NCBI GenBank assembly: GCA_002269645.1
Contig: NIVC01000563.1
Location: 174,654-238,653 of the forward strand
DNA: 64,000 nucleotides
From: Macrostomum lignano
Lineage: Eukaryota
Direction of reading: 5' to 3'
Shown here: positions 12,501 through 35,943 of the stretch, in pieces
Layout: the number at the start of each line of letters is the position of its first letter
How positions within the stretch are numbered: the stretch's first letter is position 1
Made by a program: the position numbers and the translations under genes
Notes under the pieces: model-generated
The model's database searches: none
The model's input: only the letters and a program-made list of their open reading frames with translations
Told to the model about the DNA's origin: nothing

Positions 12501-13449
12501 TCAATGAGACACTCAATGAGATACTCGATGAGACGCTCAATGAGACACTCAATGAGATACTCGATGAGACGCTCAATGAGACACTCAATGAGATACTCGA
12601 TGAGATACTCGATGAGATACTCGATGAGACACTCAATGAGACGCTCAATGAGACACTCAATGAGATACTCGATGAGATACTCGATGAGATACTCGATGAG
12701 ACACTCAATGAGACACTCAATGAGATACTCGATGAGACGCTCAATGAGACACTCAATGAGACACCCACTAGACACCCATGAGACCCTAAATAAGAAACCC
12801 ATGAGATATTCAATAGGACACCCATGAGACACCCAATAAGACACCCATGAGACACCCAATAAGACACCTATGAGACACTCAAAAAGACGCCTATGAGACA
12901 CTCACTAAGACACCCATGAGACACTCACTAAGACACCCATGAGACACCTAATAAGACACCCATGAGACACCCAATAAGACACCCATGAGACACCCAATAA
13001 GACACAGGGGCACAAAAATCAGGCATCCATGAGCCACCCAGATTCCGCACCTGCACAATCAGGCCAGTCACGTGAACGGCATCGGATTCGACATTCAATC
13101 GCAGCCCGTTTTCGTCAACCGCTTGCGTGTCGGGCACTCCGTAATTTCCCACAATGGGATAAGTGAGCACCAGGATCTGGCCGCGGTAGCTGGGATCAGT
13201 GAGAGACTCCGGGTAGCCGGTCAGGCCGGTGTTGAACACGACTTCGCCAGACGAGGAGCGGTCGGCGCCGAACGAATAGCCGCTAAACTCGGTGCCGTCC
13301 TCAAGCACTAGGCGAGCTTTATTCGGCAGCACTAGACGACGAGCGACGCCGCCGCTGAGACCGCGCCGACTGATGGCGCCGACGCCAACTGTGACTAACT
13401 GTTTGGTGCCGGTCAGCGGCAGACCGCGAGTGAGTAGGCTGATCAGCAT
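368..13449 (-). CDS. CPS1: Mitochondrial-type carbamoyl-phosphate synthetase (CPS1/CPS III family); 11 exons in window, 3' end beyond left edge
   Basis: Exons 13449-13051, 12421-12212, 11856-11626, 9664-9029, 8236-7862, 7181-6715, 6066-5463, 4851-4411, 4153-3851, 3051-2788 and 559-368 join in frame (4122 nt, 1374 codons) with GT-AG introns. Motifs include [77 protein letters not shown] and MFSWPRL. These resemble vertebrate CPS1 more than CAD. The N-terminus is Arg-rich and free of acidic residues. Confidence 0.93.
1389..1515. repeat. 35-bp tandem repeat, about 3.6 copies, inside the P element
   Basis: GACTCAATACCTGTGCTAACAGCTGCAGCTTGTGT starts at 1389, 1424, 1459 and 1494. Confidence 0.9.
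1690..2075 (-). pseudogene. P-element/THAP9-type transposase fragment
   Basis: Reads [32 protein letters not shown], then after a frameshift LRKWISSV. An upstream coiled-coil-like segment carries a stop and a frameshift. Confidence 0.8.
2150..2212. repeat. (TTCAA)n microsatellite inside the P element
   Basis: Visible directly. Confidence 0.8.
2788..3051 (-). CDS. CPS1: CPS exon 10
   Basis: tccag|IRDVV...GPFNTQFL...[19 protein letters not shown]...GIK|gtacgt. Confidence 0.93.
3186..3800. repeat. 28-bp minisatellite (CCTCAGTTGCTGGGCCAGCCTCCCACAT)
   Basis: CPS intron 9. Confidence 0.92.
3851..4153 (-). CDS. CPS1: CPS exon 9
   Basis: cacag|[20 protein letters not shown]...[14 protein letters not shown]...KAQ|gtaatt. 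Confidence 0.93.
4411..4851 (-). CDS. CPS1: CPS exon 8
   Basis: tccag|[21 protein letters not shown]...[20 protein letters not shown]...FAEQ|gttggc. Confidence 0.93.
4915..5439. repeat. 30/39-bp minisatellite (GCTACCTCATCCCAATGTCCTCTGGTACAT with or without GTAAATGAC)
   Basis: CPS intron 7. Confidence 0.92.
5463..6066 (-). CDS. CPS1: CPS exon 7
   Basis: cacag|C-WDLDRF...[24 protein letters not shown]...[16 protein letters not shown]...DK|gtgatt. Confidence 0.93.
6135..6708 (+). repeat. 18-bp minisatellite (GGATGCCAGGGGTCACAG)
   Basis: CPS intron 6. Confidence 0.92.
6715..7181 (-). CDS. CPS1: CPS exon 6 (ATP-grasp)
   Basis: gccag|[20 protein letters not shown]...[22 protein letters not shown]...KIP-CG|gtgagt (phase 2). 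Confidence 0.93.
7310..7658 (-). repeat. 18-bp minisatellite, same family as 6135-6708 but inverted
   Basis: CPS intron 5; the unit reverse complement TGCTAGGGGTGACAGGGG matches TGCCAGGGGTCACAGGGA at 15/18. Confidence 0.9.
7862..8236 (-). CDS. CPS1: CPS exon 5
   Basis: cgcag|[21 protein letters not shown]...[12 protein letters not shown]...TNQ|gtgcgc. Confidence 0.93.
8325..8680. repeat. Degenerate about 24-bp repeat (GCACTCCCAAGTTAAGAATCT...)
   Basis: CPS intron 4, abutting the SINE tail. Confidence 0.85.
8682..8986 (-). mobile_element. tRNA-derived SINE with CORE-like domain, copy 1
   Basis: A box TAGCCTAGTGG, B box GGTTCGATTC, CORE-like GTCCTTGAGCAAGACAC...TGTAAAATGGGTGCC, and an (ATT)n tail; near-identical to 42260-42549. 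Confidence 0.85.
9029..9664 (-). CDS. CPS1: CPS exon 4 (GATase catalytic Cys/His/Glu; start of synthetase)
   Basis: gccag|VINT...FGICCGNQ...QFHPE...[17 protein letters not shown]...FVTK|gtaatt. Confidence 0.93.
9765..11525. repeat. 24-bp minisatellite (GGTCACTGATTTGGACACTAAATT) with higher-order structure
   Basis: CPS intron 3; a marker block recurs near 9904, 10373 and 10818. Confidence 0.93.
11626..11856 (-). CDS. CPS1: CPS exon 3 (GATase start)
   Basis: ccaag|VSTKEV...[12 protein letters not shown]...TNGPGDP...IRK|gtgcgc. Confidence 0.92.
12212..12421 (-). CDS. CPS1: CPS exon 2
   Basis: ctctcag|DYSVDHSHW...[21 protein letters not shown]...LTAE|gtgtga. Confidence 0.92.
12475..13005. repeat. 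12-bp minisatellite (ATGAGACACTCA and variants)
   Basis: CPS intron 1. Confidence 0.92.
13051..13449 (-). CDS. CPS1: CPS exon 1 (presequence plus small-subunit N-domain)
   Basis: ATG at 13449; MLISLLTRG...ARLVLEDG...GLIVQ; donor CAG|GTGCGG. Confidence 0.9.
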
Positions 13450-13519
13450 GATGAGCTACCGCGCACACCCGCCCGGCTAGGCATGCAGTCAATTAGTTAA
13501 AATGGAACTCTTGTACTAA

Positions 13520-14445
13520 CTGGGTGTTACAGTAGGGTGTTCTATACATGGTGCTGCAGTAGGGTGTTCTATACAGGGTGTTACAGTAGGGTGTTCTATA
13601 CAGGGTGTTACAGTAGGGTGTTCTATACAGGGTGTTACAGTAGGGTGTTCTATACAGGGTGTTACAGTAGGGTGTTCTATACAGGGTGTTACAGTAGGGT
13701 GTTCTATACAGGGTGTTACAGTAGGGTGTTCTATACAGGGTGTTGCAGTAGGGTGTTCTATACAGGGTGTTACAGTAGGGTGTTCTATACAGGGTGTTAC
13801 AGTAGGATATTCTAGATAGGGTGTTACAGTAGGTTGTTCTAGACAGGGTGTTGCAGTAATAAGGTGTTCTATACAGGGTGTTACAGTAAGATGTTCTATT
13901 TAGGGTGCTGTAGCAAGGTTTTCTATACAGGGTATTACAGTAGGGTGCTCTATACAGGGTGTTACAGTAGGGTGTTCTATACAGGGTGTTACAGTAGGGT
14001 GTTCTATACAGGGTGTTACAGTAGGGTGTTCTATACAGGGTGTTACAGTAGGGTGTTCTATACAGGGTGTTACAGTAGGGTGTTCTATACAGGGTGTTAC
14101 AGTAGGGTGTTCTATACAGGGTGTTACAGTAGGGTGTTCTATACAGGGTGTTACAGTAGGGTGTTCTATACAGGGTGTTGCAGTAGGGTGTTCTATACAG
14201 GGTGTTACAGTAGGGTGTTCTATACAGGGTGTTACAGTAGGATATTCTAGATAGGGTGTTACAGTAGGTTGTTCTAGACAGGGTGTTGCAGTAATAAGGT
14301 GTTCTATACAGGGTGTTACAGTAAGATGTTCTATTTAGGGTGCTGTAGCAAGGTTTTCTATACAGGGTATTACAGTAGGGTGCTCTATACAGGGTGTTAC
14401 AGTAGGGTGTTCTAGACAGGGTGTTACAGTAGGGTGTTCTAGGAA
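13520..14445. repeat. 27-bp minisatellite (GGGTGTTACAGTAGGGTGTTCTATACA)
   Basis: Starts about 70 bp 5' of the CPS ATG; a variant block is duplicated near 13806 and 14240. Confidence 0.93.
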
Positions 14446-16289
14446 TAAATAGATTTTTTCTTAGAAACGGCACCAATGCATAACCCTAATTGGGCTAATC
14501 ATTAATAAAAATAAGTAAGAACAAAAAACACTTGTGTGAAAATAATGACCTCAAACAATAACAATTTTAGCTTTAATAACAATAGATAATTAATATTAAC
14601 AATAGTATATATATAGCAGTTTGTCTATTGCAATGCACTGGGCTTGATTAATGCTATATCAGCGAAGCAGATAAGCAATAAATATTTAATGACAGTAAAA
14701 CAAAAGCTTAATTAATAAAAAATGGTTACTTTTCAGGCGCTGCTACACTGTAAATAACAAACGAGAAACATATAAGAAAGGTAACTGTTTAGCTAAAATA
14801 TTTCATAATATCGAATGCAGTAGCAGTAAACAGGTCAATTAATAATAGCATAGCAAAATAAATAGTATAGCCAGTTTACTGTTCACACCACCTACAACAA
14901 ATATCTAATAGTACACCATCAGCCAAAAGTACAATGCAACCTTAAACTATAGTACACAAATTAGATTCCCTACTGATATTACCGGTATTGTTTATATGTG
15001 TAACTATACATATAGATAGATAAGTATTTGTATGTACGAGTAAAAGTAATGTATATGTAATAATAACTGATGTTATCAGCACAGCAGTACAATCATTTAG
15101 ATCTAAAAGTACATCAAAATCTAAAATTAAGTCCTAATGTATAAGTACATAAACGTTGACCTATAGGTTACTAAACTAAAATTGCACCTTAATCTATACG
15201 AGTAATGCACACCTTCATTTATAAGTACACCATATGCTAAAGTACACCGTAATGTAAAAGTACATAACTTTTTAAAGTACAAAATCTATTAGGCCAACCT
15301 TCAACTAATTCCCATTAGCCTATTCAGCGCAGAATTTTCAGGAGTTTACGGATTTATCCGTGAATATTATTAGAAATACAAAAAATTGTTAAACAGAAAA
15401 ACAAAGCTGACAAAAAAGCCTTAATAACAAAATCACAATTTAAAAAGCTTAAGGTACTCAATGAAACTCACCAGGACAATAAGTTATAAATTAATGTAGA
15501 ACTTGTGAAACTTCAAAGAAGAATGTTATTGAGTGCTTAGAAGAAATCTATATAAACAAATAAACAAAAGATATAAAAGAGAATCGAAAATTAAAGAAAA
15601 ACATTGCCTTTTGTACTTCGTTGCACACTGAACAAAAAATATGCATTGTATTGTCTTAGGTAATTTTTTTAACAAAAGCAGCGAATAAAAACTTGACAGA
15701 GAAAATAGAGAAAAATAAATACAAGGAGAAAATTGCAATCAATAATAAATTTATACATTGAGATTTTTAGGAAAAAGATTATCAAAAACTTGATCACGTT
15801 CCATTCAGTTTCCAATATCGATTGCTCAAACGCACAAGTTTTTTTAAAGAAAATTTAATACATTTTTAACGAGTCCGCAATCAAATCACAGGCGCCGCAC
15901 TGGAATATGGTCAGTAGTATCGTTAGCATATTATACTATTACGAGCGTATTATGCTGAAAAAAATAATTTCTCAGAATGCAAAAAGTTTAAGCGCCGATT
16001 GTGTCAAATGGTTATAAATAATTCACGAAGTAATAATCAAATAGCTGACAGATAACAACACAATTATGAATAATATCGTAAATTTAAAGTTATCCGCCCA
16101 ATCAACTTTGTAAGCTGAACTAATAGCAACCGCAATCGATAATTATACACTGAATAATAATAAAAATTAGACGGCCAGTAGCAGACCGACAGATTAACAA
16201 TTTGAACTGGAGCTCAACATGAGTAAAGCTTATAGCTAAGCTCCAACTAATTAGCACTCGCATTTACTTAGCGGCAGTTGCGACGCGGA

Positions 16290-16790
16290 ATACCGATAAT
16301 GGGAAGGGGAATTCCTTCTGATACTGGAGAATCCTCAAAGCGACAGTTATTGATACGGGTAAATTCCCAAAACAACGGTTGTTTTGGTACTGGGGAATTC
16401 CCATAGTGGCATTAAATGGTACTGGATAATTCCCAAAGCGGCAGTAATTAGTACGGGGGAATACCAAAGCAGCAATAAGTTTTTGGTACCGGGTTGGGAA
16501 TCCCCTAAAGCGGCATTTAATGATACTGGGGAATTCCCAAAAGCGGTACTTTTTGGTACGGGGGCTCCCATTTCCAAAGCGGCAGTTATTATTACAGGGG
16601 AATCCCAAAGCGGTAGTTATTCGGAAGGGGAATCCTTAAGCAGTAGCTTTTATACGGGGGAATCCCAAAGCGGTAGTTATTCGGAAGGGGAATCCTTAAC
16701 CAGTAGCTTTTATACGGGGAAATCCCAAGCGGTAGTTATTTGAAGGGGAATCCCCAAGGCGGTACTTTTTGTGTATAGAGGAATCCCAAA
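16290..16790. repeat. Degenerate about 30-bp repeat built on GGGGAATYCC
   Basis: GGGAATTCCC at 16393 and 16529; GGGGAATCC recurs every 30 bp across about 16597-16760. Confidence 0.75.
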
Positions 16791-17501
16791 GTGTTTGTTA
16801 TACTTGTTGGGCATCCCTAAGCGCTACTCATTGGGGTGTGTTGTGATCAGGGCGCTAGAAATTACCAGAGTATTTAAATGACAAAAAAGGTCAGTTGATT
16901 AATTATCAAACAATAATCAATACTCGATAATCACTTTTTAAACTATTTTTCCGCTTTGACCGCCGCCGTTGCCGCCGCGCCGCAGTCGCTGCCCGTTGCC
17001 GACTAAGGAAAACTTTCTCCGGAAGCTGCGGATTTAATAACATTGAAGCATTTTATACTAAGTTGAAAGGGAGGCTGATTTTTTAAATAAATAATTTACT
17101 ATCACCATATTGCATTTAAAAAACATTAACATAGTTAGTAGCTTTCAGTGGGTTAAAATATGCGTAAAAACTACTCACGAGTAGACAACAAAACATTTTT
17201 AACTTTTTCTAGATTGCTACTTTAAACCTAATGACAATGGGCTTAAAACTTAAAAAAGCGTAACGCAACGATACCTCGAGCTAATGAGGGTGAGTTCTAC
17301 CTTTAAACAGAGTGGGACAAAAGTTGGGTCAGTCTGCTCGCTTTAATTTTTCGCGAATCAATCTGATCAGCCTTTGAAAACTGAAATAAATATGTGCGGC
17401 AAAAATTAATGTAAAACTGTTGCTGAATGCTTAATTTTACTTCATTTGTGTCAGCTCAAACTTCACTTCAGGGCTAAATCAGGTCATGCTGCTAAATCAT
17501 A

Positions 17502-18048
17502 CAGCACTCTATGCTGCTCTAGTCAAGCACTCTATGCTGCTCTAGTCAAGCACTCTATGCTGCTCTAGTCAAGCACTCTATGCTGCTCTAGTCAAGCACT
17601 CTATGCTGCTCTAGTCAAGCACTCTATGCTGCTCTAGTCAAGCACTCTATGCTGCTCTAGTCAAGCACTCTATGCTGCTCTAGTCAAGCACTCTATGCTG
17701 CTCTAGTCAAGCACTCTATGCTGCTCTAGTCAAGCACTCTATGCTGCTCTAGTCAAGCACTCTATGCTGCTCTAGTCAAGCACTCTATGCTGCTCTAGTC
17801 AAGCACTCTATGCTGCTCTAGTCAAGCACTCTATGCTGCTCTAGTCAAGCACTCTATGCTGCTCTAGTCAAGCACTCTATGCTGCTCTAGTCAAGCACTC
17901 TATGCTGCTCTAGTCAAGCACTCTATGCTGCTCTAGTCAAGCACTCTATGCTGCTCTAGTCAAGCACTCTATGCTGCTCTAGTCAAGCACTCTATGCTGC
18001 TCTAGTCAAGCACTCTATGCTGCTCTAGTCAAGCACTCTGTGATGCTC
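17502..18048. repeat. Near-perfect 23-bp tandem array (AGCACTCTATGCTGCTCTAGTCA)
   Basis: About 23 identical copies. Confidence 0.95.
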
Positions 18049-18859
18049 TACTTAAATATTCGATATTATTATAATCGGACGCACTCTCCTGTCTTCTCAC
18101 TTTATTCTATTCTGCTAATATTTTACCAACTTATATTAAAAGTTTTAATAAACTTCTGTTAAAAAAATACATTTTTAACATTGCTACTAACCCTACTATT
18201 AGTAGCATAAATTTCTATTCACACAAAAATACACAACGTGTTACTATTATACTAGCAAAGGTTCTCTAACAACGGATCAACACACGAACGAACAATTAGA
18301 GCTAATAGATAGAAAATATGAATAAAAATGGTGATTAACATTCAAGGCCAATCCAAGCCTGATAGGGGGGTTTAAGTAAGGTACTGGGTGTACGGGCAGG
18401 TCACTGGCACGGTGCTCACAGCGAGACAGCTGCGGGGCGCGAGTTCAGCTAAAGTGGGGAAGAGAAAACGGCGCATTCAAGAGCCAGCAGGGGGGCTGGA
18501 GTTGGCAGGGTCAGGCAGACAGAGCGAGAATGATTCAGCAGAAATTGGAAAACGGGGAGAGCCAAGCCATGGGAGACGGTCCCTGGTATGGGGGAAAGAG
18601 CAGAGCAATTATAGCTGCGCTGCTCGGTCACCATTAATAGATCTGGGATGTCGCCCCGAAAGCAGACCGACAGAGGCTCATCGCCTGTCAAAATCTACAC
18701 TTCTTCTTGGCTCTCTCCATCAGTGGCCATTAACTGCGGTTAGGGACTGAGTAGCTTGTGCCTGCCAATTCTGACCTGGCCCTCTCAGCTCACTGAGCTA
18801 CCTCTTAATCTTCTTAATAAATTATTATTACTCAAAATTATGATCGTTTAACGTTTCTC

Positions 18860-20020
18860 CATCTGTGTCTGTCTCTGTCTCTGTTTATTCTCCATTTCTG
18901 CCTGTGTCTTCTCTGTCTGTCTGTGTCCTCTCTATCTGTCTGTGTCTTCTCTATCTGTCTGTGTCTTCTCTATCTGTCTGTGTCTTCTCTATCTGTCTGT
19001 GTCTTCTCTATCTGTCTGTGTCTTCTCTATCTGTCTGTGTCTTCTCTATCTGTCTGTGTCTTCTCTATCTGTCTGTGTCTTCTCTGTCTGTATGTGTCTT
19101 CTCTGTCTGTATGTGTCTTCTCTATCTGTCTGTGTCTTCTCTATCTGTCTGTGTCTTCTCTGTCTGTCTGTCGATTCTATCTGTCTGTGTTTTCTCTATC
19201 TGTCTGTGTTTTCTCTATATGTCTGTCTTCTCTATCTGTCTGTGTCCTCTCTATCTGTCTGTGTTTTCTCTATATGTCTGTCTTCTCTATCTGTCTGTGT
19301 CCTCTCTATCTGTCTGTGTCTTCTCTATCTGTCTGTCGACTCTATCTGTCTGTGTCTTCTCTATCTGCCTGTGTCTTCTCTATCTGTCTGTCGACTCTAT
19401 CTGTCTGTGTCTTCTCTATCTGTCTGTGTCTTCTCTATCTGTCTGTCTTCTCTATCTGTCTGTGTCTTCTCTATCTGTCTGTGTCTTCTCTATCTGTCTG
19501 TGTCTTCTCTATCTGTCTGTCGACTCTATCTGTCTGTGTCTTCTCTATCTGTCTGTGTCTTCTCTGTCTGTGTCTTCTCTATCTGTCTGTCGACTCTATA
19601 TGTCTGTCTTCTCTATCTGTCTGTGTCCTCTCTATCTGTCTGTCTTCTCGGTCTGTATGCGTCTTCTCTATCTGTCTGTGTCTTCTCTATCTATCTGTCG
19701 ACTCTATATGTCTGTCTTCTCTATCTGTCTGTGTCCTCTCTATCTGTCTGTGTCTTCTCTGTCTGTCTGTGTCTTCTCTGTCTGTCTGTGTCTTCTCTAT
19801 CTGTCTGTGTCTTCTCTATCTGTCTGTGTCTTCTCTATCTGTCTGTCGACTCTATATGTCTGTCTTCTCTATCTGTCTGTGTCTTCTTTATCTGTCTGTG
19901 TCTTCTCTATCTGTCTGTGACTTCTCTATCTGTCTGTGTCTTCTCTATCTGTCTGTGACTTCTCTATCTGTCTGTGACTTCTCTATCTGTCTGTGACTTC
20001 TCTATCTGTCTGTGTCTGAC
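18860..20020. repeat. About 19-bp pyrimidine-rich compound repeat (CTATCTGTCTGTGTCTTCT)
   Basis: Visible directly. Confidence 0.92.
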
Positions 20021-20957
20021 TTTCTGCATCTCTATCCCTGTCTCAATCTGTCACAATGGCCTGTTTCTATCTGTATCTCTAACTCTATCACTGCTTTATA
20101 ATATTCGGATCATCATATATTAATATCTATTTCACACCATATATGCCCACATATCTAACTCTAAAAACTCTGCAGTCTGAATCTCTGGCTCTCTAGTACC
20201 GATGTCTCTTCCAACTGACTCTTGATCAATCAAAAATGAAAAAATGCATATCTCAAAAATACTTACGAACGTTCATGTATCCATCGTGTGTTAAAATGCT
20301 TATACTCTTTTTACCAATAGAAACCGTCAGAACGGCCTGAAAAACTCGGCGTATTATAGACAGAAAGAAAAAGACTTTAGAAGTCAGCTGATCACTCAGT
20401 CAGCGAATGATCATAAGATATAGCTATAGTTAGAAAGAAAAAGAATTAAGGAAATGTCACGCAGTTAGACCGTGCTCAGGGTGGGTTGGGGTGGGGTGCG
20501 ATTTGAGGCGGTGTTTACACCACCCCCTTCTACCCTTGGCCAGTGCGGCAAGTTTAGGAAGCAAAACAACAGAGAACTCCTATACAATATCGAGGGGCAT
20601 GCGCCAGAAAAAGTACTAACCTACTCTCTAGTATTAATAAAATGTAGTACTTGGTGTTCTCATAGTTCGCTTTTAAAATCATTTATTCTCGTGCCAGGAA
20701 ATGAAAAGACAACAGCAAGACTCTAGAAAAAAATACACACAACAGCAGCAGCAATGCATCAGCTTTTCAAGACAACATCCAGTGCACTACATGAAATAAG
20801 CTATTTACCTTGCGTGTTGACCGAATGAGATAAGGTTATCAGATATTTTTTTAATCCAGAGCCAACTCAATCAGGTCCATAGACCAAGGCGGATGAGAAT
20901 AATCAAGATGCGACACGAGAAAGAAAGAAAGTTTGAAAGATTAATATCCGAAAGAAT

Positions 20958-33255
<12,298 letters not shown>

Positions 33256-33543
33256 GTCCGAACCTGTCTTTTTGCTTACTGATTTTTTCTATTGATTGGC
33301 TGGACTGATTGTTTTGGTTCGATCTTCTAGTAGTTCCAAGCATGCATTTGATTCACAATTAAAAAGCAGGGGACTTACACTAAAAACTAATTACCTGTAA
33401 TACATCATTCATCTACCAACTGGCTACCTTAATATAAAAGCTATACTTTTAAGATAGCTGAAGTTAGTAATATAGAAAAAAATGTTAATATTAAATAAAA
33501 AACTTATTATTAAAACTTATATAACAACTATTAGAAAGCATTG

Positions 33544-33989
33544 GTTGTTTTGCTTTTTAAATGGGATAAAAATGTCAATTCATTCAAAATTTATTCCTAT
33601 AATTAGAACAAGGGGTAGGGGGTAGAATAGAATTATACCAAGTCAAGCCTACTATGCTGACCATAGACTAAACTTTTGATGTTTAGTCAGAACTATCAAT
33701 TCAAAAACAAAAGCAAATGAAGAAGCTAAAGAGAAACAAAAGAGCACATAAGCTCTTGAAAAAAGCAGAAGCTAATCTGAAGCAGAAGCAGAAGCAGAAC
33801 AGCTGCAGGCTGCAGGCTGAGGGGTGACTTCATTGAAAAGTCATCAGTCAAGGGTGATGGCGATGCTGCGTGATTGACTTTTCAGACCTCTCGACTTGGT
33901 GTAACTCTAACCTCCTACCCCTTGTTGTATTTATAGGCACAACTTTTGAATGAATTGAAATTTTTACCCTATTTAAAAAGCAAAACAAC
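33544..33989. mobile_element. Foldback/MITE-like element with about 100-bp imperfect inverted arms
   Basis: 33544-33650 is the diverged reverse complement of 33893-33989 (GTTGTTTTGCTTTTTAAAT...CAAGGGGTAGG...CCAAGTC); no clear TSD. Confidence 0.7.
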
Positions 33990-34490
33990 TGTTGGATTTT
34001 TTTCTACTTATAACGCAAGTTGCATCAGATTTGAATATCACAGTCAGCCTCTGTACTAGTTTTTCCTGCTTTTTCTGGGAGAACCCTTGTAATAGAGTTT
34101 TAAATAAGGCTAATTTCAAAAGAATACAAATACAATTGAATTCTAAAAAATGTTTTCTGTATTGTTGAAAATTTAGCTGCCTTTTTAAATAAGAAAAAAT
34201 ATACTATTGTACTTAAAGACATAGTTATAGATTATTTATATAAAAGCTATAATTTTATAAGCTTTTTATAAGGTTATAAGCAATGCCATATATTAACTGT
34301 CTTTATTATACATGTATAAGTGTATAAATAAATTCAATTGTTTCTTATCTACTTTTAAAATAATTTTTACAAAACCTATTTATATATATTATTTTAAATT
34401 TAGCACTTGAAAGTTGGAATTGCAGAAAATGATTGATTAAGGAAGTTGTTAGATATACAGCAATCGAGTAATTTGGAATATTTGGTCCCA

Positions 34491-34545
34491 GCTCCCATCT
34501 CCCGTCTCCCATCTCCCATCTACCATCTGCCATCTGCCATCTCCC
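34491..34545. repeat. (CCCATCT)n short repeat
   Basis: Visible directly. Confidence 0.8.
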
Positions 34546-35228
34546 TATAGTATTTGGAATAGCTATCTGTAAAACTTTCCTTAGATAATTCCAATGTGAG
34601 TATATTTTTTCAGTAATATAAAAATACTATACAGCACAGTTGTAGCAATTATGACTCAGACATCAAAGCAAATTATAGCAATAAATGAAATTGATTATTA
34701 GGCCTACGCCTACGCCTGCTACATTAGACTAGAGGATCTGGACTCTGGAGTGGATCTCCATAAATTACATAATTTATTCAATAAATAGAAACAAATCCCT
34801 AATCAGTTAAAAATGCTACATAAATTAAAAAATATAACTTTTCTCCAGCAAACTTCTGTACTTCTGTACTATTATATATATTACATGCAAAACTGAAGGT
34901 TATACCGTTTTATAAAATTTTGGTTAATTCGTGGAATGAGACGAACGAATCAGTTTCAAAATGGAGTTTACCTATTTATCGCGTTCATTTAGGAAGTAAA
35001 ACGAAGCATAAACTTTAAAGTTTGCAAATATATAGTAACTGTTATTAAATTAATCCCTGATGTCAATACGTTTATATTTATTACAAAATTCAACATTAAG
35101 TTGACCTCTGTATAATAATTTTTGAGTCATTCGAAACCGTTTGTCTTCGCTTCAGTTAACGAATTTTCATTTCTACTCCAACTCCACTCATTATCATGTA
35201 CCAATTCTTTTCAGAATCCGTCTTGTCA

Positions 35229-35312
35229 GCACTCATTTTATAAAGCGCCGCAGGCACTCATTTTAGCGCCGCAGGCACTCATTTTAGCGCCACAGGCACC
35301 CATTTTGGCGCT
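35229..35312 (+). repeat. 21-bp TTTTAGCGCC-family repeat (CACTCATTTTAGCGCCGCAGG)
   Basis: 3-4 copies upstream of EB1. Confidence 0.85.
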
Positions 35313-35943
35313 GCTTTAATAAAACGTAGGCTAGTCAAAGCAAAATACGTTTTTTTAAATGTATATTATTCGAAATTTTTGCCTAGTCTTCATAACAAAA
35401 ATTAATTGAGTAACTAAAAACTTCATTCAAAAATGATTTAGTTTACGGTTGACGTGACACTGCCAGCTACATGATTAAATGAATCATATTTTTGCGTCTG
35501 CAATTTATTCAGTTTAATACAATTTACTTAAATAAAAACTTCTTTTGCTAGTCCTAAAATCTTAGGTGATGTGATGAATATAAAAAAAATCCAGCATTAG
35601 TAAAAAAGTACGGAAAGAATTATTAGGTAACCATTGTCTATTTTTATCAATTTCGTTTGAAATCTGTCTACTAGTCAACAGTCAACAGAACTATCTGCAG
35701 GCTGCAGATCTGTTGTTAATTTTCTTGGGCTGATTGGACACTGAAAGCAGGGGTCGAAAATTTAGAGTAATTATGAAACTATATGTGTACTATCAATCCC
35801 TATATTAAATTGTACTTGATTTTTGGCTATGCTATTCTATTTTTGGACCTAATTTTGCTATTTGTTAAGCATATAGTTTATTTTCCATCAGATATAGCCT
35901 AGCTGAATGACCTTCATGAGAATACTTGGCAACACAGCGAAAA

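Noticed and set aside
368-13449. CAD (pyrimidine multifunctional protein) assignment
   Set aside because: The presequence-like N-terminus and CPS1-type signatures ([16 protein letters not shown]) argue against it; the C-terminus is not visible
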